Shown one piece after another: positions 1-10,215 of a DNA stretch of 64,000 bases. Position 1 is the stretch's first letter. Every line of letters starts with the position of its first letter. This stretch comes from Tepidisphaera sp. Its GTDB lineage: Bacteria; Planctomycetota; Phycisphaerae; Phycisphaerales; UBA1924. The DNA is taken from NCBI GenBank assembly GCA_050916045.1, contig CP051526.1, positions 1,984,001-2,048,000 on the forward strand. The letters run 5' to 3'. The notes beneath the pieces are model-generated. The model was not told the DNA's origin and did not search any database. It was given only the letters and a program-made list of their open reading frames with translations. Both the position numbers and the translations under genes were made by a program.

Positions 1-783
1 CCCGGTCAACGCGACATCGCCGCGCGCATCCGCTCGCTCCTCGCGGGCAGCGAGATCCTCCCCTCGCACGCCGAGAACGATCCGCGCGTCCAGGACCCCT
101 ACTCCCTCCGCTGCATCCCGCAGGTCCTCGGCGCCGCCATCGACGCCCTCGCCTACGTCCGAAGCTGCATCGAACGCGAACTCGGCGCCGTCACCGACAA
201 CCCGCTCGTCTTCCCCACCTCCGGCTCCACCGCGCCCGGCGACATCGTCTCCGCCGGCAACTTCCACGGCATGCCGCTCGCGATCCCCCTCGACTGTGCT
301 TCAATCGCTCTCGCCCACATCGCCGGCATCTCCGAGCGCCGCACCTTCCTCATGCTCGCCGCGGCCGACCCCGAAGCCCACCTCCGCCCCTATCTCTCGC
401 CGCACCCCGGCGTCAGCAGCGGCCTCATGATCGCCCAATACACCGCCGCCGCCTGCTGCAACGAGATCATCACCCTCTGCACCCCCGCCAGCGTGAGCAA
501 CATTTCAACCTCCGCCGGCATCGAAGACTACAACAGCTTCGGCCCGCGCTCGGCCGCCAAAGCCGCCCGCGCCCTCGAGCTCGCCCGAAACGTCATCGCC
601 ATCGAACTCCTCTGCGCCGCCCAAGCCCTCGAATACCACCGCCCCCTCAAGTCCGGCCACGGCGTCGAAGCCGCCTACTCCAAAATCCGCGCCGTCGTCC
701 CCCCACTCTTCAGCGACCGGCCCCCAAGCCCCGACATCGCCGCGATCGCAACCCTCATCGCGAGCGGCGCGTTCCATGTTTGA
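1..783 (+). CDS. hutH: Histidine ammonia-lyase, 5'-truncated by window edge
   Basis: Frame 1 reads RVQDPYSLRCIPQVLGA...DNPLVF...SAGNFHGMP...SERR...GLMIAQYTAA, typical HAL motifs; other hut genes are in the window. Confidence 0.95.
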   Translation, partial: PGQRDIAARIRSLLAGSEILPSHAENDPRVQDPYSLRCIPQVLGAAIDALAYVRSCIERELGAVTDNPLVFPTSGSTAPGDIVSAGNFHGMPLAIPLDCASIALAHIAGISERRTFLMLAAADPEAHLRPYLSPHPGVSSGLMIAQYTAAACCNEIITLCTPASVSNISTSAGIEDYNSFGPRSAAKAARALELARNVIAIELLCAAQALEYHRPLKSGHGVEAAYSKIRAVVPPLFSDRPPSPDIAAIATLIASGAFHV

Positions 784-948
784 AGTTTCCAATGTGAGAT
801 GTGAAATCTGAAATTGCGGATCCCGACGCACCCCGCAATCCCCAAACCCCCACCTCGTCGCCCACGGGCGTGTCCAATCCGCCCCGATTTCGGCAACATC
901 TCGGAGCAAGGGCCGTACCGGACCCCATCCCTCACACGGAGACTGTCC

Positions 949-1866
949 ATGCATTGCACACGCGGCCTCCTCCTCGCCCTCGCCACGCTCACCGCATCCG
1001 CCAACGCCGATGTCATCGTCACGACGAGCTCCGGCAGGATGCTCCGCGTGAACGTCGAAACCGGTTCCGCCACCGCGATCGCAACCTCCCGGTGGTACGC
1101 GGGCATGGGCTGGAACGCCGCCGGCGAACTGCTCGGCCTGCGTCAAATCACGACCCCCACGCTCACGACCAGCTATCTCGACCGGCTGAACCCCGCCACC
1201 GGAGCCCGGACCACCATCGCGACGACCGACATCTGCGTGCTGCTTCGCGCCGGAAGCACCGCCGGCGGCGTCGGCTTCTGCATCCCCCCGGGCGGCCCGG
1301 CGTACGAGTTCGAGTACCAGACCATCAACCCCTTCACCCAGTCGCAGGTCTCGACCGTCGACCCCGCCACCGGCTCCGTCACCGTCATCGGGAATCTCGG
1401 ACTGACTTCCGAGGGCGCGCTCGCGGCCGACGCGACCGGCCGCCTCTGGGGAACGCGCGGCGGGTTTGGCAACGAGTTCTTCGAGATCGACCGCACCACC
1501 GGCGCGGCCCGCATCGTGAGCACCCTCCCCGCCGGCCTCATCATCTACGCGATGGCGTTCGAGCGCGGCATCCTCTACGCCTTCGACACAACCGGCGGCA
1601 TCCACGCCGTCAACCGCGGCACCGGTGAGCTCTCCCTCATCTCAAGGTTCGACAGGGCGACCAACGGCTCGATCTACACCGCCATCGCGGATGTTCCCCT
1701 CTGCCAAGCCGACCTCAACGGCGACCGCTTCATCGACTTCTTCGACCTCGATGCGTTCATCGCCGCATTCGAAGCCGGCACCCTCGCCGCCGACCACAAC
1801 GCCGACGGCTTCATCGACTTCTTCGACTACGCCGACTTCATCACCGCCTTCGAAACCGGCTGCTGA
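949..1866 (+). CDS. Secreted beta-propeller-like protein with C-terminal GC-type dockerin-like domain
   Basis: GGAGA RBS before ATG 949; signal peptide (LLLALATLTASANA); repeated (V/L)xPxTG motifs; C-term CQADLNGDRFIDFFD...ADHNADGFIDFFDY..FETGC. Confidence 0.85.
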   Translation: MHCTRGLLLALATLTASANADVIVTTSSGRMLRVNVETGSATAIATSRWYAGMGWNAAGELLGLRQITTPTLTTSYLDRLNPATGARTTIATTDICVLLRAGSTAGGVGFCIPPGGPAYEFEYQTINPFTQSQVSTVDPATGSVTVIGNLGLTSEGALAADATGRLWGTRGGFGNEFFEIDRTTGAARIVSTLPAGLIIYAMAFERGILYAFDTTGGIHAVNRGTGELSLISRFDRATNGSIYTAIADVPLCQADLNGDRFIDFFDLDAFIAAFEAGTLAADHNADGFIDFFDYADFITAFETGC

Positions 1867-1943
1867 ACCCCCACTCCCTTCCCAAAGCAGCCAGTACAAT
1901 CCCACGCCTGCCCGCGCTGGCGCGGCATCACCACGGAGACCGC

Positions 1944-2192
1944 TTGCCAGACCCACCCCGCAACAAGATCTGGCGAACCCCCATCCTCTGGATCGCCGGA
2001 ACGGTGCTCGTGCTGTCGCTCTGCTGCAGCTCGCTGAGCCTGCTCGGCTTCTTCGGCGTGATGGCGGATGTCGGCCCCGACGAGAACCGCCAGATGGGCT
2101 TCCAGATCCTCCGCCTCACGGCGATCCCCCTGATCTTGAGCGCCGCCGCCCCCGCAATCGCCCTCACCCTCGGCCGCTCGCGGCCGAAGTAA
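1944..2192 (+). CDS. Small two-TM membrane protein, hypothetical
   Basis: GGAG before TTG; two hydrophobic segments; C-ending codon use like its neighbours. Confidence 0.55.
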   Translation: MPDPPRNKIWRTPILWIAGTVLVLSLCCSSLSLLGFFGVMADVGPDENRQMGFQILRLTAIPLILSAAAPAIALTLGRSRPK

Positions 2193-2221
2193 TCACCACA
2201 CCCGGTCTCGCCCTGCACGCT

Positions 2222-2971
2222 TCAGCTTCCGACTTCCCCGCCCACGGACTCCGCGACCAACGGGTACCACGCTTCATCGAAGTAATCGCGGTCCTCGCGC
2301 GGGACCGGGAGGATCCGCACCTCGTACAACGTCCCGATGTTCACCGGGCCGCTCGGTCGCATCAGCACACCCACAAAGCACGCCCGATACAACTTCCCGC
2401 CACGCGTGATGTCGACCACCCGCGACGCCTCCAACGGAAGATCCTCTCCACCACCCGCGCGAGAGACCTCCCACTCCCCCCACCGTTCCCACCCGCCATC
2501 GCTCAGCGCCTTTCGGTCCACATCCTCGCTCGGGATGATCGCCCGCACCGTCTTGATGATGCTCCCGTCGCCAGATCGGATCTCAACCGCGGGCCCGTCC
2601 CGGTTCGGCGATCGCAGCGCCGCAGGCAAGCCGATCCCGTTGGTGTGGTACTGGGCCGCGTACAAAGATTCTTGCTCGGTCTCGAGCGGCGATATCCCCG
2701 ACGAATCGCGCCGGTACTCAATCTCCGCATCCAAGATGACCATCACATCGACCGCGATCGCTCCGGTCGGATACACCCGCAGACCAACGGGCTGGATGCT
2801 CGTGATCGAGTCGTTGTCGAGGACAGCGGCACGAGACGCCAGCCGCTCCATCGTCGCCCGGTCCATCGAGGGGGGCCTCAGCAGTTCTCCGCGGATGAAT
2901 CCGCCACCCATGCACCCAAGCAGGACCATCCCGAAAAGCACGATCAGGATACCGATGGAAGCTCGATTCAT
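2222..2971 (-). CDS. Hypothetical lipoprotein/exported protein
   Basis: MNRASIGILIVLFGMVLLGC lipobox-like N-terminus; fills the intergenic gap. Confidence 0.6.
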   Translation of the reverse strand: MNRASIGILIVLFGMVLLGCMGGGFIRGELLRPPSMDRATMERLASRAAVLDNDSITSIQPVGLRVYPTGAIAVDVMVILDAEIEYRRDSSGISPLETEQESLYAAQYHTNGIGLPAALRSPNRDGPAVEIRSGDGSIIKTVRAIIPSEDVDRKALSDGGWERWGEWEVSRAGGGEDLPLEASRVVDITRGGKLYRACFVGVLMRPSGPVNIGTLYEVRILPVPREDRDYFDEAWYPLVAESVGGEVGS

Positions 2972-3024
2972 ACCCAACGTTAGGCCTTCGTGAGAAGAGC
3001 TCCCCCCGCGTAAACTCCCCACGC

Positions 3025-3771
3025 ATGCCCACGCTGATCTTCACACCCCGCTTCACCGCCGATACCCAGTCGCTCTGGCGTGCCGCGACCGAGCTCGGCT
3101 GGGCGGTCCATCGGCTTCACTCCTGGCGCGTTCCCGATGACCTCCGCACCGTCGATGAGCCCATCCTCTACCTCGAAGCCCTCCTCGGCCCCACCATCGC
3201 CGCCGAGTTCGGCCTCCGCCTCGATGAGCCGCCCATCGACTGGCTCCCGAACCTGCCCCAGGAGTTCCGCAAGCGGGAGATCCGGCTCACCACGCTCGCC
3301 CAGGCACGCACCCTCACCGATCCGTGGTTCATCAAGCCGCCCAACGACAAGAGCTTCCCCGCCCGCGTCTCAACCGGCACCGACCTCCCACCCAAGTTCG
3401 ATGGCCAGATGCCTGTTCTCATCGCCGAGGTCGTCCGGTGGGAGAAAGAGTTCCGCGCCTTCATCCTGAGCCGCCAGGCCCGCACGATCTCCATCTACGC
3501 CCGATCCGGCGAGCTTCAACGTGAGAACGGCTTCGCCCAATCCCCCGAGGAACAAGCCCAAGCCGCCGCGTTCCTCGAAAGCCTCCTCGCCGACCCGCGC
3601 ATCGACCTCCCCCAAGCCTGCGTCATCGACATCGGCGTGATCGAAAGCCGCGGCTGGGCCGTCGTCGAACAGAACGCCGCCTGGGGCGCCGGCATCTACG
3701 GCTGCGACCCCCGCCGCGTGCTCGAAGTCCTCCGCTTCGCGGCACATCCAGCGAGGGTCGAGAATCCGTGA
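3025..3771 (+). CDS. ATP-grasp domain protein (DUF4343/R2K-like)
   Basis: WFIKPPNDKSF, EFRAFI, VIDIG, WAVVEQNAAWGAGIYGCD motifs of ATP-grasp fold. Confidence 0.75.
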   Translation: MPTLIFTPRFTADTQSLWRAATELGWAVHRLHSWRVPDDLRTVDEPILYLEALLGPTIAAEFGLRLDEPPIDWLPNLPQEFRKREIRLTTLAQARTLTDPWFIKPPNDKSFPARVSTGTDLPPKFDGQMPVLIAEVVRWEKEFRAFILSRQARTISIYARSGELQRENGFAQSPEEQAQAAAFLESLLADPRIDLPQACVIDIGVIESRGWAVVEQNAAWGAGIYGCDPRRVLEVLRFAAHPARVENP

Positions 3772-3869
3772 TGCCGTGCCCCTTCCTTCGACGCCGCCTC
3801 GCCTCGCACGCTCGCCATCGTCGGACCAAGTCGAGCCACCCGCCCCAACACCTCCCACTACCATGCCCG

Positions 3870-4457
3870 ATGCACTCCGACGCGAGCAACGGGTGGGACT
3901 CGGCTTCCGAAGCGTTCATCGCGCACCGCCGACGCTCGCGCACCGGAGTTGAAGAAGTCGCCCGCTGGGCCGCATCGCTGCCACCAGCCGCCGCGGTGCT
4001 CGATGCGGCGTGCGGCTGCGGCGAGCCCCTCACGCGGGTCCTCCTCGATCATGGATGCGAAGTCTTCGCCATCGATGCCTCCCCGCGCATGCTCGACTCG
4101 TTCCGCCGTGACTTCCCGAGCGTGCCAGCCGCGTGCGAATCCGTCGAGCACTCGGCGTTCTTCGGTCGCACCTTCGACGGCGTGCTCGCGTGGGGACTGC
4201 TCTTCCTGCTTCCCGAGCGGTCGCAGGAATCAGCCCTCCGCAGGCTCGCCACAGCCGTCGCCCCGGGCGGATCTTTGCTCCTGACCGCGCCCGTTGAGGC
4301 TGCACAGTGGCCCGACGCGACGACCGGCAGGCTCTCGGTCTCGCTGGGCTTGGAGCGCTACGTCGAGATCCTCAGCACCGCCGGACTCACGCTACTCGCG
4401 ACCTTTCACGACGCGGACGAGAACCACTATTATCACGCCGCACGCGTCGCGCGATGA
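3870..4457 (+). CDS. Class I SAM-dependent methyltransferase
   Basis: VLDAACGCG motif I, IDAS, FDGVLAWG, VAPGGSLL. Confidence 0.9.
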   Translation: MHSDASNGWDSASEAFIAHRRRSRTGVEEVARWAASLPPAAAVLDAACGCGEPLTRVLLDHGCEVFAIDASPRMLDSFRRDFPSVPAACESVEHSAFFGRTFDGVLAWGLLFLLPERSQESALRRLATAVAPGGSLLLTAPVEAAQWPDATTGRLSVSLGLERYVEILSTAGLTLLATFHDADENHYYHAARVAR

Positions 4458-4620
4458 CCCGAACATTTCAGCGACACCGCCCAGCGGCGGAATCAACCGG
4501 AACCACAGTCGGGTGCCACGTCCGATCCGCCTCGGTCGGACGTGCCCGGACGTCGCCCCCCCAACCCTCACCCCCCACACCCCCACTCCCCGGTCCTCAC
4601 TCCCCCACCCCCCACCCCCA

Positions 4621-4788
4621 CAGTCCACCATCCGCCCCAACCAGTCCACCCTCCCAAGCAACCGGTCCACCCTCCGCCCCACCCAAGCCACCAAATCCCC
4701 CAGCCAGTCCACCATCCGACGCAGACGGTCCACCATCTGGCCCAACCGGTCCACCGTCCGGAGCACATGGTCCACCATCCGCCCCAAA
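4621..4788. repeat. Tandem array of 8 x 21-bp degenerate repeats (consensus ~CRGTCCACCATCCGCCCCAAC)
   Basis: Units start at 4621, 4642, 4663, 4684, 4705, 4726, 4747, 4768; GTCCACC core in 7 of 8 units. Confidence 0.9.
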
Positions 4789-4825
4789 ACTCAGCCATTT
4801 CTGCGCGATCCATCCCCCACCCCCA

Positions 4826-4963
4826 ACGACCACGCCGAGTTTCCACGCCGAGTTCAAGGCGGGCGAAGGCGGCAAGACCGCCGTCTCCATGGCCCGATGG
4901 GTCAACACGCGCGGCGAAAAGGGGCCGTGGTTCGAGATCACGACGGCGACGGTGGCAGCTTAG
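4826..4963 (+). pseudogene. 3' remnant of a fibronectin type III-like Phycisphaerae hypothetical protein gene
   Basis: TTTPSFHAEFKAGEGGKTAVSMARWVNTRGEKGPWFEITTATVAA* resembles the C-terminus of a family recalled from Phycisphaerales genomes; upstream part is replaced by low-complexity sequence and repeats. Confidence 0.55.
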
Positions 4964-5036
4964 AGCGGTGGGTCTCGCGGATATACATTCTTGCCAGCGA
5001 GAAGAAATTCTGGTATGACAGTACCTATGCTCTCAT

Positions 5037-5762
5037 GTGTCGTTGTTCCGCCGCCATCCCGCGCTGCTGACCGGCGTTTCGCTGGTGCTTTTGGCTGTGT
5101 ATGTGGTCGCGTCCCTCGGCGTGATTCCCACGCCCAGGGTCATCATGGGGTGGTTCGGGGAGTTGAGCGGCGAACGCTACCCCTGCGAATCCTGCGGCTG
5201 CGGGTGTGCGTCGGCCACCGAGTGCTGGACGCACTGCTGCTGCCACACGGAGCACCAGCGGCTTGTGTGGGCGATCGAGAACGGCGTGATGCCGCCGCCT
5301 GTGGTGGAGTTCAGCGATGAGCAGTGGATTGCCGCGGCCAATGACGTGAAGGCTGGCAGTGCACATTGTGTCATGTGCGTGGAGCGGATCAAGGGCGAGC
5401 TGCGGCGGGGAATTGCCACACGACCGGACCATGACCCGGCGTGCGAATGCGCCGGTGCGTGCGATGGACACTGCGGCAAGGCGTGTTGCGAGACGAAGAC
5501 GGCGGCCAAGTCTGCGGGCGGTGCATCTTGCTGTGCCAAGGGCGAGGGCGAGAAGCAGCCATCGTGGCCGGGGCCTTCAATCTCAGCACTCTCGTGCAAG
5601 GGGCTCCGGCAACTTCTCACCGTGACGCTGCCGCCGTCGCCGCCGGTGCGCGTCGTGGATTTGATTCTGCCCGAGCCCGCAGTCTTTGTGCCCGAGCGGC
5701 CCAAGGACGTGGCGTACCCCTCCCGCACCCTTGATGTGCCCGAGCCGCCGCCGCGAATGTGA
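5037..5762 (+). CDS. Cys-rich membrane-anchored putative metal-binding protein ending in PEPPPRM
   Basis: N-terminal TM; YPCESCGCGCASATECWTHCCCH, CVMC, CECAGACDGHCGKACC, SCC, LSCKG; Pro-rich tail. Confidence 0.8.
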   Translation: MSLFRRHPALLTGVSLVLLAVYVVASLGVIPTPRVIMGWFGELSGERYPCESCGCGCASATECWTHCCCHTEHQRLVWAIENGVMPPPVVEFSDEQWIAAANDVKAGSAHCVMCVERIKGELRRGIATRPDHDPACECAGACDGHCGKACCETKTAAKSAGGASCCAKGEGEKQPSWPGPSISALSCKGLRQLLTVTLPPSPPVRVVDLILPEPAVFVPERPKDVAYPSRTLDVPEPPPRM

Positions 5763-6080
5763 CGCTTCCAGTTCGTTGATGTTGATCTGCCGACCCGTCG
5801 CCAATTGGTGGACGGCGTGTGTGCAACGTTCATCCATCGAGCTCGCCTCGATTCGGTGATGCACGTTCGTGGCGTTCACTCGGGCAGGTTCCGGGCAGCG
5901 CTCGGACACGGCATCTCGTCGACGATCCCTCACATCCACCACGATTCTGCGGCGTGATCCGGTCGTTGGGCCACGGCGCGGAATCCCCAGTCACGTCTCT
6001 CGCCTTCTCGTCTTTGGACGAGAGCGCCATCTGTTCACACACATTCATTCGTTCAACACGTTCCTGAAGGAGACTCAGAG

Positions 6081-6968
6081 ATGAAGTCCGTTCTTGCTCT
6101 TGTCGTTCTGTCCGGTCTCGCCGTCTGCACCGCCACCGCGGCGGAGGTCGGCATCGCCAGTGGTTCGGCCACCATGTCCTTCGACCTTCCCACGTTCCTC
6201 GGGCAGTCGCCCCTGGACACGTTCGACGCCGCATTCGGGATCACGGAGACCCGCGCCGAGGTCGTCTCGGGCCTGCCGGGGAACAACCCGACCGCGTCGC
6301 AGACCTGGGCCACCAACCCGGTCGGCACGCCCAGCCCCTCCGGGCGTGTCATTCAGGGCACGACGCTCACCATCGACACGACCGACGTGCTCGGCACGTG
6401 GGGCGCGGTGACGAGCGACTTCGGCGCGTTCGCCATCGGCGGTGAACAGATCGGCTTCGGCGGCATGACCCGCTGGACGCTCGATCCTGGCATCTCGGGT
6501 GTGCTGCTCTTCGGTGACTGGGCGCTGCGCTACTCGCCCGCTCGGGCCGGCACGTTTGCGGGCTCGACCACGAACATCCGCTCGGGCCTGGTCGTGACGA
6601 GCAATATCGACTTCCCCGACGCCGCGTTCGTCGACATCGGCAACGCCAGCATCTCGGTGGTGGGCGACACCCTGCGGGTCACCGGCGACATGCTGATCTC
6701 GGACGCGTTGATCGTGCTGGGCTTTCCGGGGTCGAACCTCGGGCTGAACATCGGACGCTTCGAGCTTTCAGCCCGGCTTGACGTGCCGGGCTGCAGCGTC
6801 GACTTCAACGGGGACGGGTTCGTCGACTTCTTCGACTACGACGATTATGTGACCTGCTTCGAGGGTGCGGGATGCGGCGCGGGCGGTAGCGCCGACTTCA
6901 ACGGCGACGGCTTCGTGGACTTCTTCGACTACGACGACTTCGTGGCCGCGTTCGAGACGGGATGCTGA
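6081..6968 (+). CDS. Secreted protein with C-terminal GC-type dockerin-like domain
   Basis: AAGGAG RBS; signal peptide; C-term [24 protein letters not shown]...[25 protein letters not shown]. Confidence 0.9.
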   Translation: MKSVLALVVLSGLAVCTATAAEVGIASGSATMSFDLPTFLGQSPLDTFDAAFGITETRAEVVSGLPGNNPTASQTWATNPVGTPSPSGRVIQGTTLTIDTTDVLGTWGAVTSDFGAFAIGGEQIGFGGMTRWTLDPGISGVLLFGDWALRYSPARAGTFAGSTTNIRSGLVVTSNIDFPDAAFVDIGNASISVVGDTLRVTGDMLISDALIVLGFPGSNLGLNIGRFELSARLDVPGCSVDFNGDGFVDFFDYDDYVTCFEGAGCGAGGSADFNGDGFVDFFDYDDFVAAFETGC

Positions 6969-7039
6969 GTTTCAAAGCTCGTTCAACCACCCGCCGTCGA
7001 TGCGTGCGGGGGAGACAGAATTCAGAAAGGACAATCACC

Positions 7040-7816
7040 ATGAAAGTGTGCATGATCGCGATGTTCGCGTTCGTTTCGAGTGCTGCCGCCGGGATCGACC
7101 CCAATACCACCGCCAACGGCACGGCGTTCATGACGATCGACCGGGCGGCGTGGGCCACGGTCGCGCCGAGCGCGGACTACTACGACATCAGCTTCAATCC
7201 GCTCGGATTTGGCGATACCACGGCCGACGTCGCGGGCCGTCGCTGGATGTTCGCCGACCGGTTCGAAGGGACTAACTGGGTCGGCGCGGCGTATCCGACG
7301 GACTACCTGACCGGTCCGACGGCCCCGCTCACGCAGCCTGCGGGCGGATTCGCCATGGCGGTGAACACGTACGGCGTGAACAGCTTCGCCGCGAATCACA
7401 AGGTCACCGACTACAACTCGACGAGCAACCCGAACGGCTGGATCGGGCTGGGCGGCTCCTTCCGCGCGACGAGCGACTTCAACGGGCCGGGATCGTCGGT
7501 CTGGTGGGAGCACCTGGCGATTCGTCAGGATCCGACGGACTCGGTCTGGAAGATCTTCGCGACCTCTGGGCCCGGTCAGGGAAGCCTCTTCGAACTCCGC
7601 AACGTGACAACGTCAACGGTCGCGGGCAATCTGAGTCTTTCCGCCGACTATGTCTTCGGAAACACGGATTGGCTTCAGTTCTTCCAGGGCTTCAACGGCG
7701 TGCTCGACACCGAGAAGGTGCTTGGGCGCATCGAGATCGTTCCCGTGCCGGCCCCGGGATCGGTGCTGGTCGTGGCCCTTAGCGGCTTGGTAGCGACGCG
7801 TCGCCGCCGGTCCTGA
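7040..7816 (+). CDS. PEP-CTERM-type surface protein
   Basis: AAGGA RBS; signal peptide; C-term [23 protein letters not shown]. Confidence 0.9.
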   Translation: MKVCMIAMFAFVSSAAAGIDPNTTANGTAFMTIDRAAWATVAPSADYYDISFNPLGFGDTTADVAGRRWMFADRFEGTNWVGAAYPTDYLTGPTAPLTQPAGGFAMAVNTYGVNSFAANHKVTDYNSTSNPNGWIGLGGSFRATSDFNGPGSSVWWEHLAIRQDPTDSVWKIFATSGPGQGSLFELRNVTTSTVAGNLSLSADYVFGNTDWLQFFQGFNGVLDTEKVLGRIEIVPVPAPGSVLVVALSGLVATRRRRS

Positions 7817-7898
7817 TCCGTTGAGATTCTCCGCTCCGAGGCGTGGAGACGCGCCTCGGAGCCTTTCCTCGCCCGCATCATCGACAGGAGCTTTCCGA

Positions 7899-8651
7899 AT
7901 GAGCCGCCGACAACCTCCTCACGCATTCACCTTGATCGAGTTGCTCGTGGTCATCGCGGTGATCGCGCTTCTAGTCGGGCTGCTGGTGCCGGCGCTCTCC
8001 GGTGCCCGTCGCACCGCCCGGCGGGTGCTCTGCATGAACAACATCCGCCAGTTCTGCACCGCCGACACCATGTACCTCAACGAGTACAGGCAGTTCCCGC
8101 TGATGAGCCCGTTCGTGCCCACCAGCATCCGCGTGGAACGGCTGCGGCAGATCGGCGAGTACTTGAACATAACCGTGCCCGAGGGCGAGGCGATCACCTG
8201 GCCCACGCGTGACGAGCAGCCCAAGTGGATCAACTGCCCCTTTGCCGCCACGTCGGGATACGCCGAAGGGGTGACTGTGGGAGGCGGGCTCTACACCGGG
8301 TATGCCTATGTCGGCGGGCTTGAGCAGTCAGAGTTGGTCCGCTCGGGCCTCGGTACCGTGGCCAACAAGGGACACGCGGCGGAAAGCCGCGGGCTCAATC
8401 GCGGCGTGCTCTGGGCCGACACCTTGACCGAATTTCTGACCGTGGACGAACGACGCTACGAGGTGTTTCACACGCCGCCGAAAGTTCCTCGGTACCCCGA
8501 CTTCCGCTTTCACAAGCCCGAGGTCGAGGGGATTCACCGCGGCTGGTCGGATGGCTCGGTCGAATGGCTGCCCGGGAAGAGGATCAACCTGGACGGGATC
8601 GGCAGCCCGGACCTGCGTCTGCAGACGTTCCTGGGCAACGTCTACTTCTAA
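7899..8651 (+). CDS. Prepilin-type N-terminal cleavage/methylation domain protein (DUF1559-like)
   Basis: [46 protein letters not shown]-term GWSDGSVEW. Confidence 0.9.
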   Translation: MSRRQPPHAFTLIELLVVIAVIALLVGLLVPALSGARRTARRVLCMNNIRQFCTADTMYLNEYRQFPLMSPFVPTSIRVERLRQIGEYLNITVPEGEAITWPTRDEQPKWINCPFAATSGYAEGVTVGGGLYTGYAYVGGLEQSELVRSGLGTVANKGHAAESRGLNRGVLWADTLTEFLTVDERRYEVFHTPPKVPRYPDFRFHKPEVEGIHRGWSDGSVEWLPGKRINLDGIGSPDLRLQTFLGNVYF

Positions 8652-8720
8652 GGACCGCGTCGCACGGCCGAATGGTCGTGCTGTTTGAACACCCACCGCA
8701 CGAGAAAAAGGACCGATCGA

Positions 8721-9638
8721 ATGAAACGCCAACAACCGCCGCACCTTTCTCCCGCCGCACTCTCGCGCCGTGACGCCATCACCAGGGGCATCGGGACGAT
8801 GGCCAGCATCTCGGCCATCGCCTCGGTCGGAGGCGTCGCCGGACGGGCTTTCGCACAGCCCGCCGGGCAGCCGCCGTCACAGCCCAAGCCAGAAAACGCC
8901 CGCATGACCCCCGAGCAGCACGACGCCATCCTCCGGCCCGGCCAGGAGCGCATCGCCATCTTGCTCTACCCGCAGTTCACAGCCCTCGACGTCATCGGCC
9001 CGCATCACGTGTTCATCAACATGGTCGGTGCCAAGGTACTGCTCGTCGCCAAAACGATGGCCCCGGTGCCTTGCGACACGGGCTTCTCGATCACGCCCAA
9101 CGCGACCTTCGACCAGATCACCGACAAGCAGACGCTCGTGCTCGTCCCCGGCGGCACCACCGGCACGCTCGACGCGATGAAGGATGAGGCAACCATGAAC
9201 TTCCTGCGTCGTCAGGGCGCGGAAGCCGAGTGGATCGGCAGCGTCTGCACCGGCTCACTGCTGCTCGCCGCGGCGGGTTTGCTCAAGGGCTATAAGGCCA
9301 CGAGCCACTGGCTCACTCGCGACGCTCTCAAGGCTGGCGGGGCCCAGCCCGTTGCTCAGCGGTACGTTGAGGACCGCAACCGCGTCACCGGCGCGGGCGT
9401 CACGGCGGGGATCGACTTCGCGCTGCATCTCGTCCAGAAGTGGCGCGGCACGAGCTACGCCAAGGGCGTGCAGATGTTCATGGAGTATGACCCGCAGCCG
9501 CCGTTCAATAGCGGCTCCCCCACGAGCCCCGACGCCGAGCCCGCGATGGTCGGCATGCTCAGCGCCATGCACGAGTCATTCGGTCCCAAGTGCGAGGCCG
9601 CCATCCGCGCGACGCTCGACCCTACTTCATCCAAGTAA
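8721..9638 (+). CDS. DJ-1/PfpI family protein (isonitrile hydratase InhA-like) with Tat signal
   Basis: SRRDAI twin-arginine signal; FTALDVIGP, LVPGG, SVCTGS (catalytic Cys), TGAGVTAGIDFAL, EYDPQPPF. Confidence 0.88.
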   Translation: MKRQQPPHLSPAALSRRDAITRGIGTMASISAIASVGGVAGRAFAQPAGQPPSQPKPENARMTPEQHDAILRPGQERIAILLYPQFTALDVIGPHHVFINMVGAKVLLVAKTMAPVPCDTGFSITPNATFDQITDKQTLVLVPGGTTGTLDAMKDEATMNFLRRQGAEAEWIGSVCTGSLLLAAAGLLKGYKATSHWLTRDALKAGGAQPVAQRYVEDRNRVTGAGVTAGIDFALHLVQKWRGTSYAKGVQMFMEYDPQPPFNSGSPTSPDAEPAMVGMLSAMHESFGPKCEAAIRATLDPTSSK

Positions 9639-9714
9639 CCCCGTCCCGCGCCCGTGTTCCGCAGGAAAGCACCGGCGGGTGATTTCAATCCTGCATTCCC
9701 AAAGGAGTTTCTCG

Positions 9715-10173
9715 ATGCCTCTCTCAACCGTCAAGTCCGCTTCGTCGCTCCCGATTCTCCGTCGCAAGATCCACCTCCAGGTCCAGCTCCTCATCCTGCC
9801 TGCGATCATCGTCGCGCTCGCGGCCATTGTGGTGATGAATGGATGCACCACCGGACCACACGGCGACGCGTTCGCCTCGAGCAGGTGCGGCCCTGAAGAA
9901 CGAAAGAGCTGCATCTGCAAGACGCCCGGGGTGATCTCCTTCGCGGTTGAAAGCATGAGCTGTCCCAACTGCGCGAAGGAGCTTCAGGAAGTCCTTGCCG
10001 CCGTTCCAGGCGTGAAAGCCGCCAAGGTTTGCTTCGAGGACAAGATGGCATTCGTGACACTCGACGGGGACCACCCCGCCACGATGGAGGCCATCCAGGC
10101 GGCCGTCGCCAAGCGGCAGGAAGAGCATCTCAAGCTGGAGAATGACCCGAACTGCCTCAAGCCAAAGGGCTGA
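9715..10173 (+). CDS. Heavy-metal-associated (HMA) domain protein, membrane-anchored/lipoprotein
   Basis: AAGGAG RBS; hydrophobic segment then MNGC; VESMSCPNCAKELQEVLAAVPGV (MxCxxC HMA motif). Confidence 0.85.
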   Translation: MPLSTVKSASSLPILRRKIHLQVQLLILPAIIVALAAIVVMNGCTTGPHGDAFASSRCGPEERKSCICKTPGVISFAVESMSCPNCAKELQEVLAAVPGVKAAKVCFEDKMAFVTLDGDHPATMEAIQAAVAKRQEEHLKLENDPNCLKPKG

Positions 10174-10215
10174 GCCTGCGAGTCCAGTTACGCTCAATCA
10201 GAAAGGAATCAATCA

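Noticed and set aside
4621..4788. CRISPR array
   Set aside because: Units are contiguous 21-mers without unique ~30-bp spacers; no cas genes in the window
4830..4854. 12-bp tandem duplication as an insertion target-site duplication
   Set aside because: Both copies are adjacent and fit the coding sequence of the remnant; no partner found at the other island end
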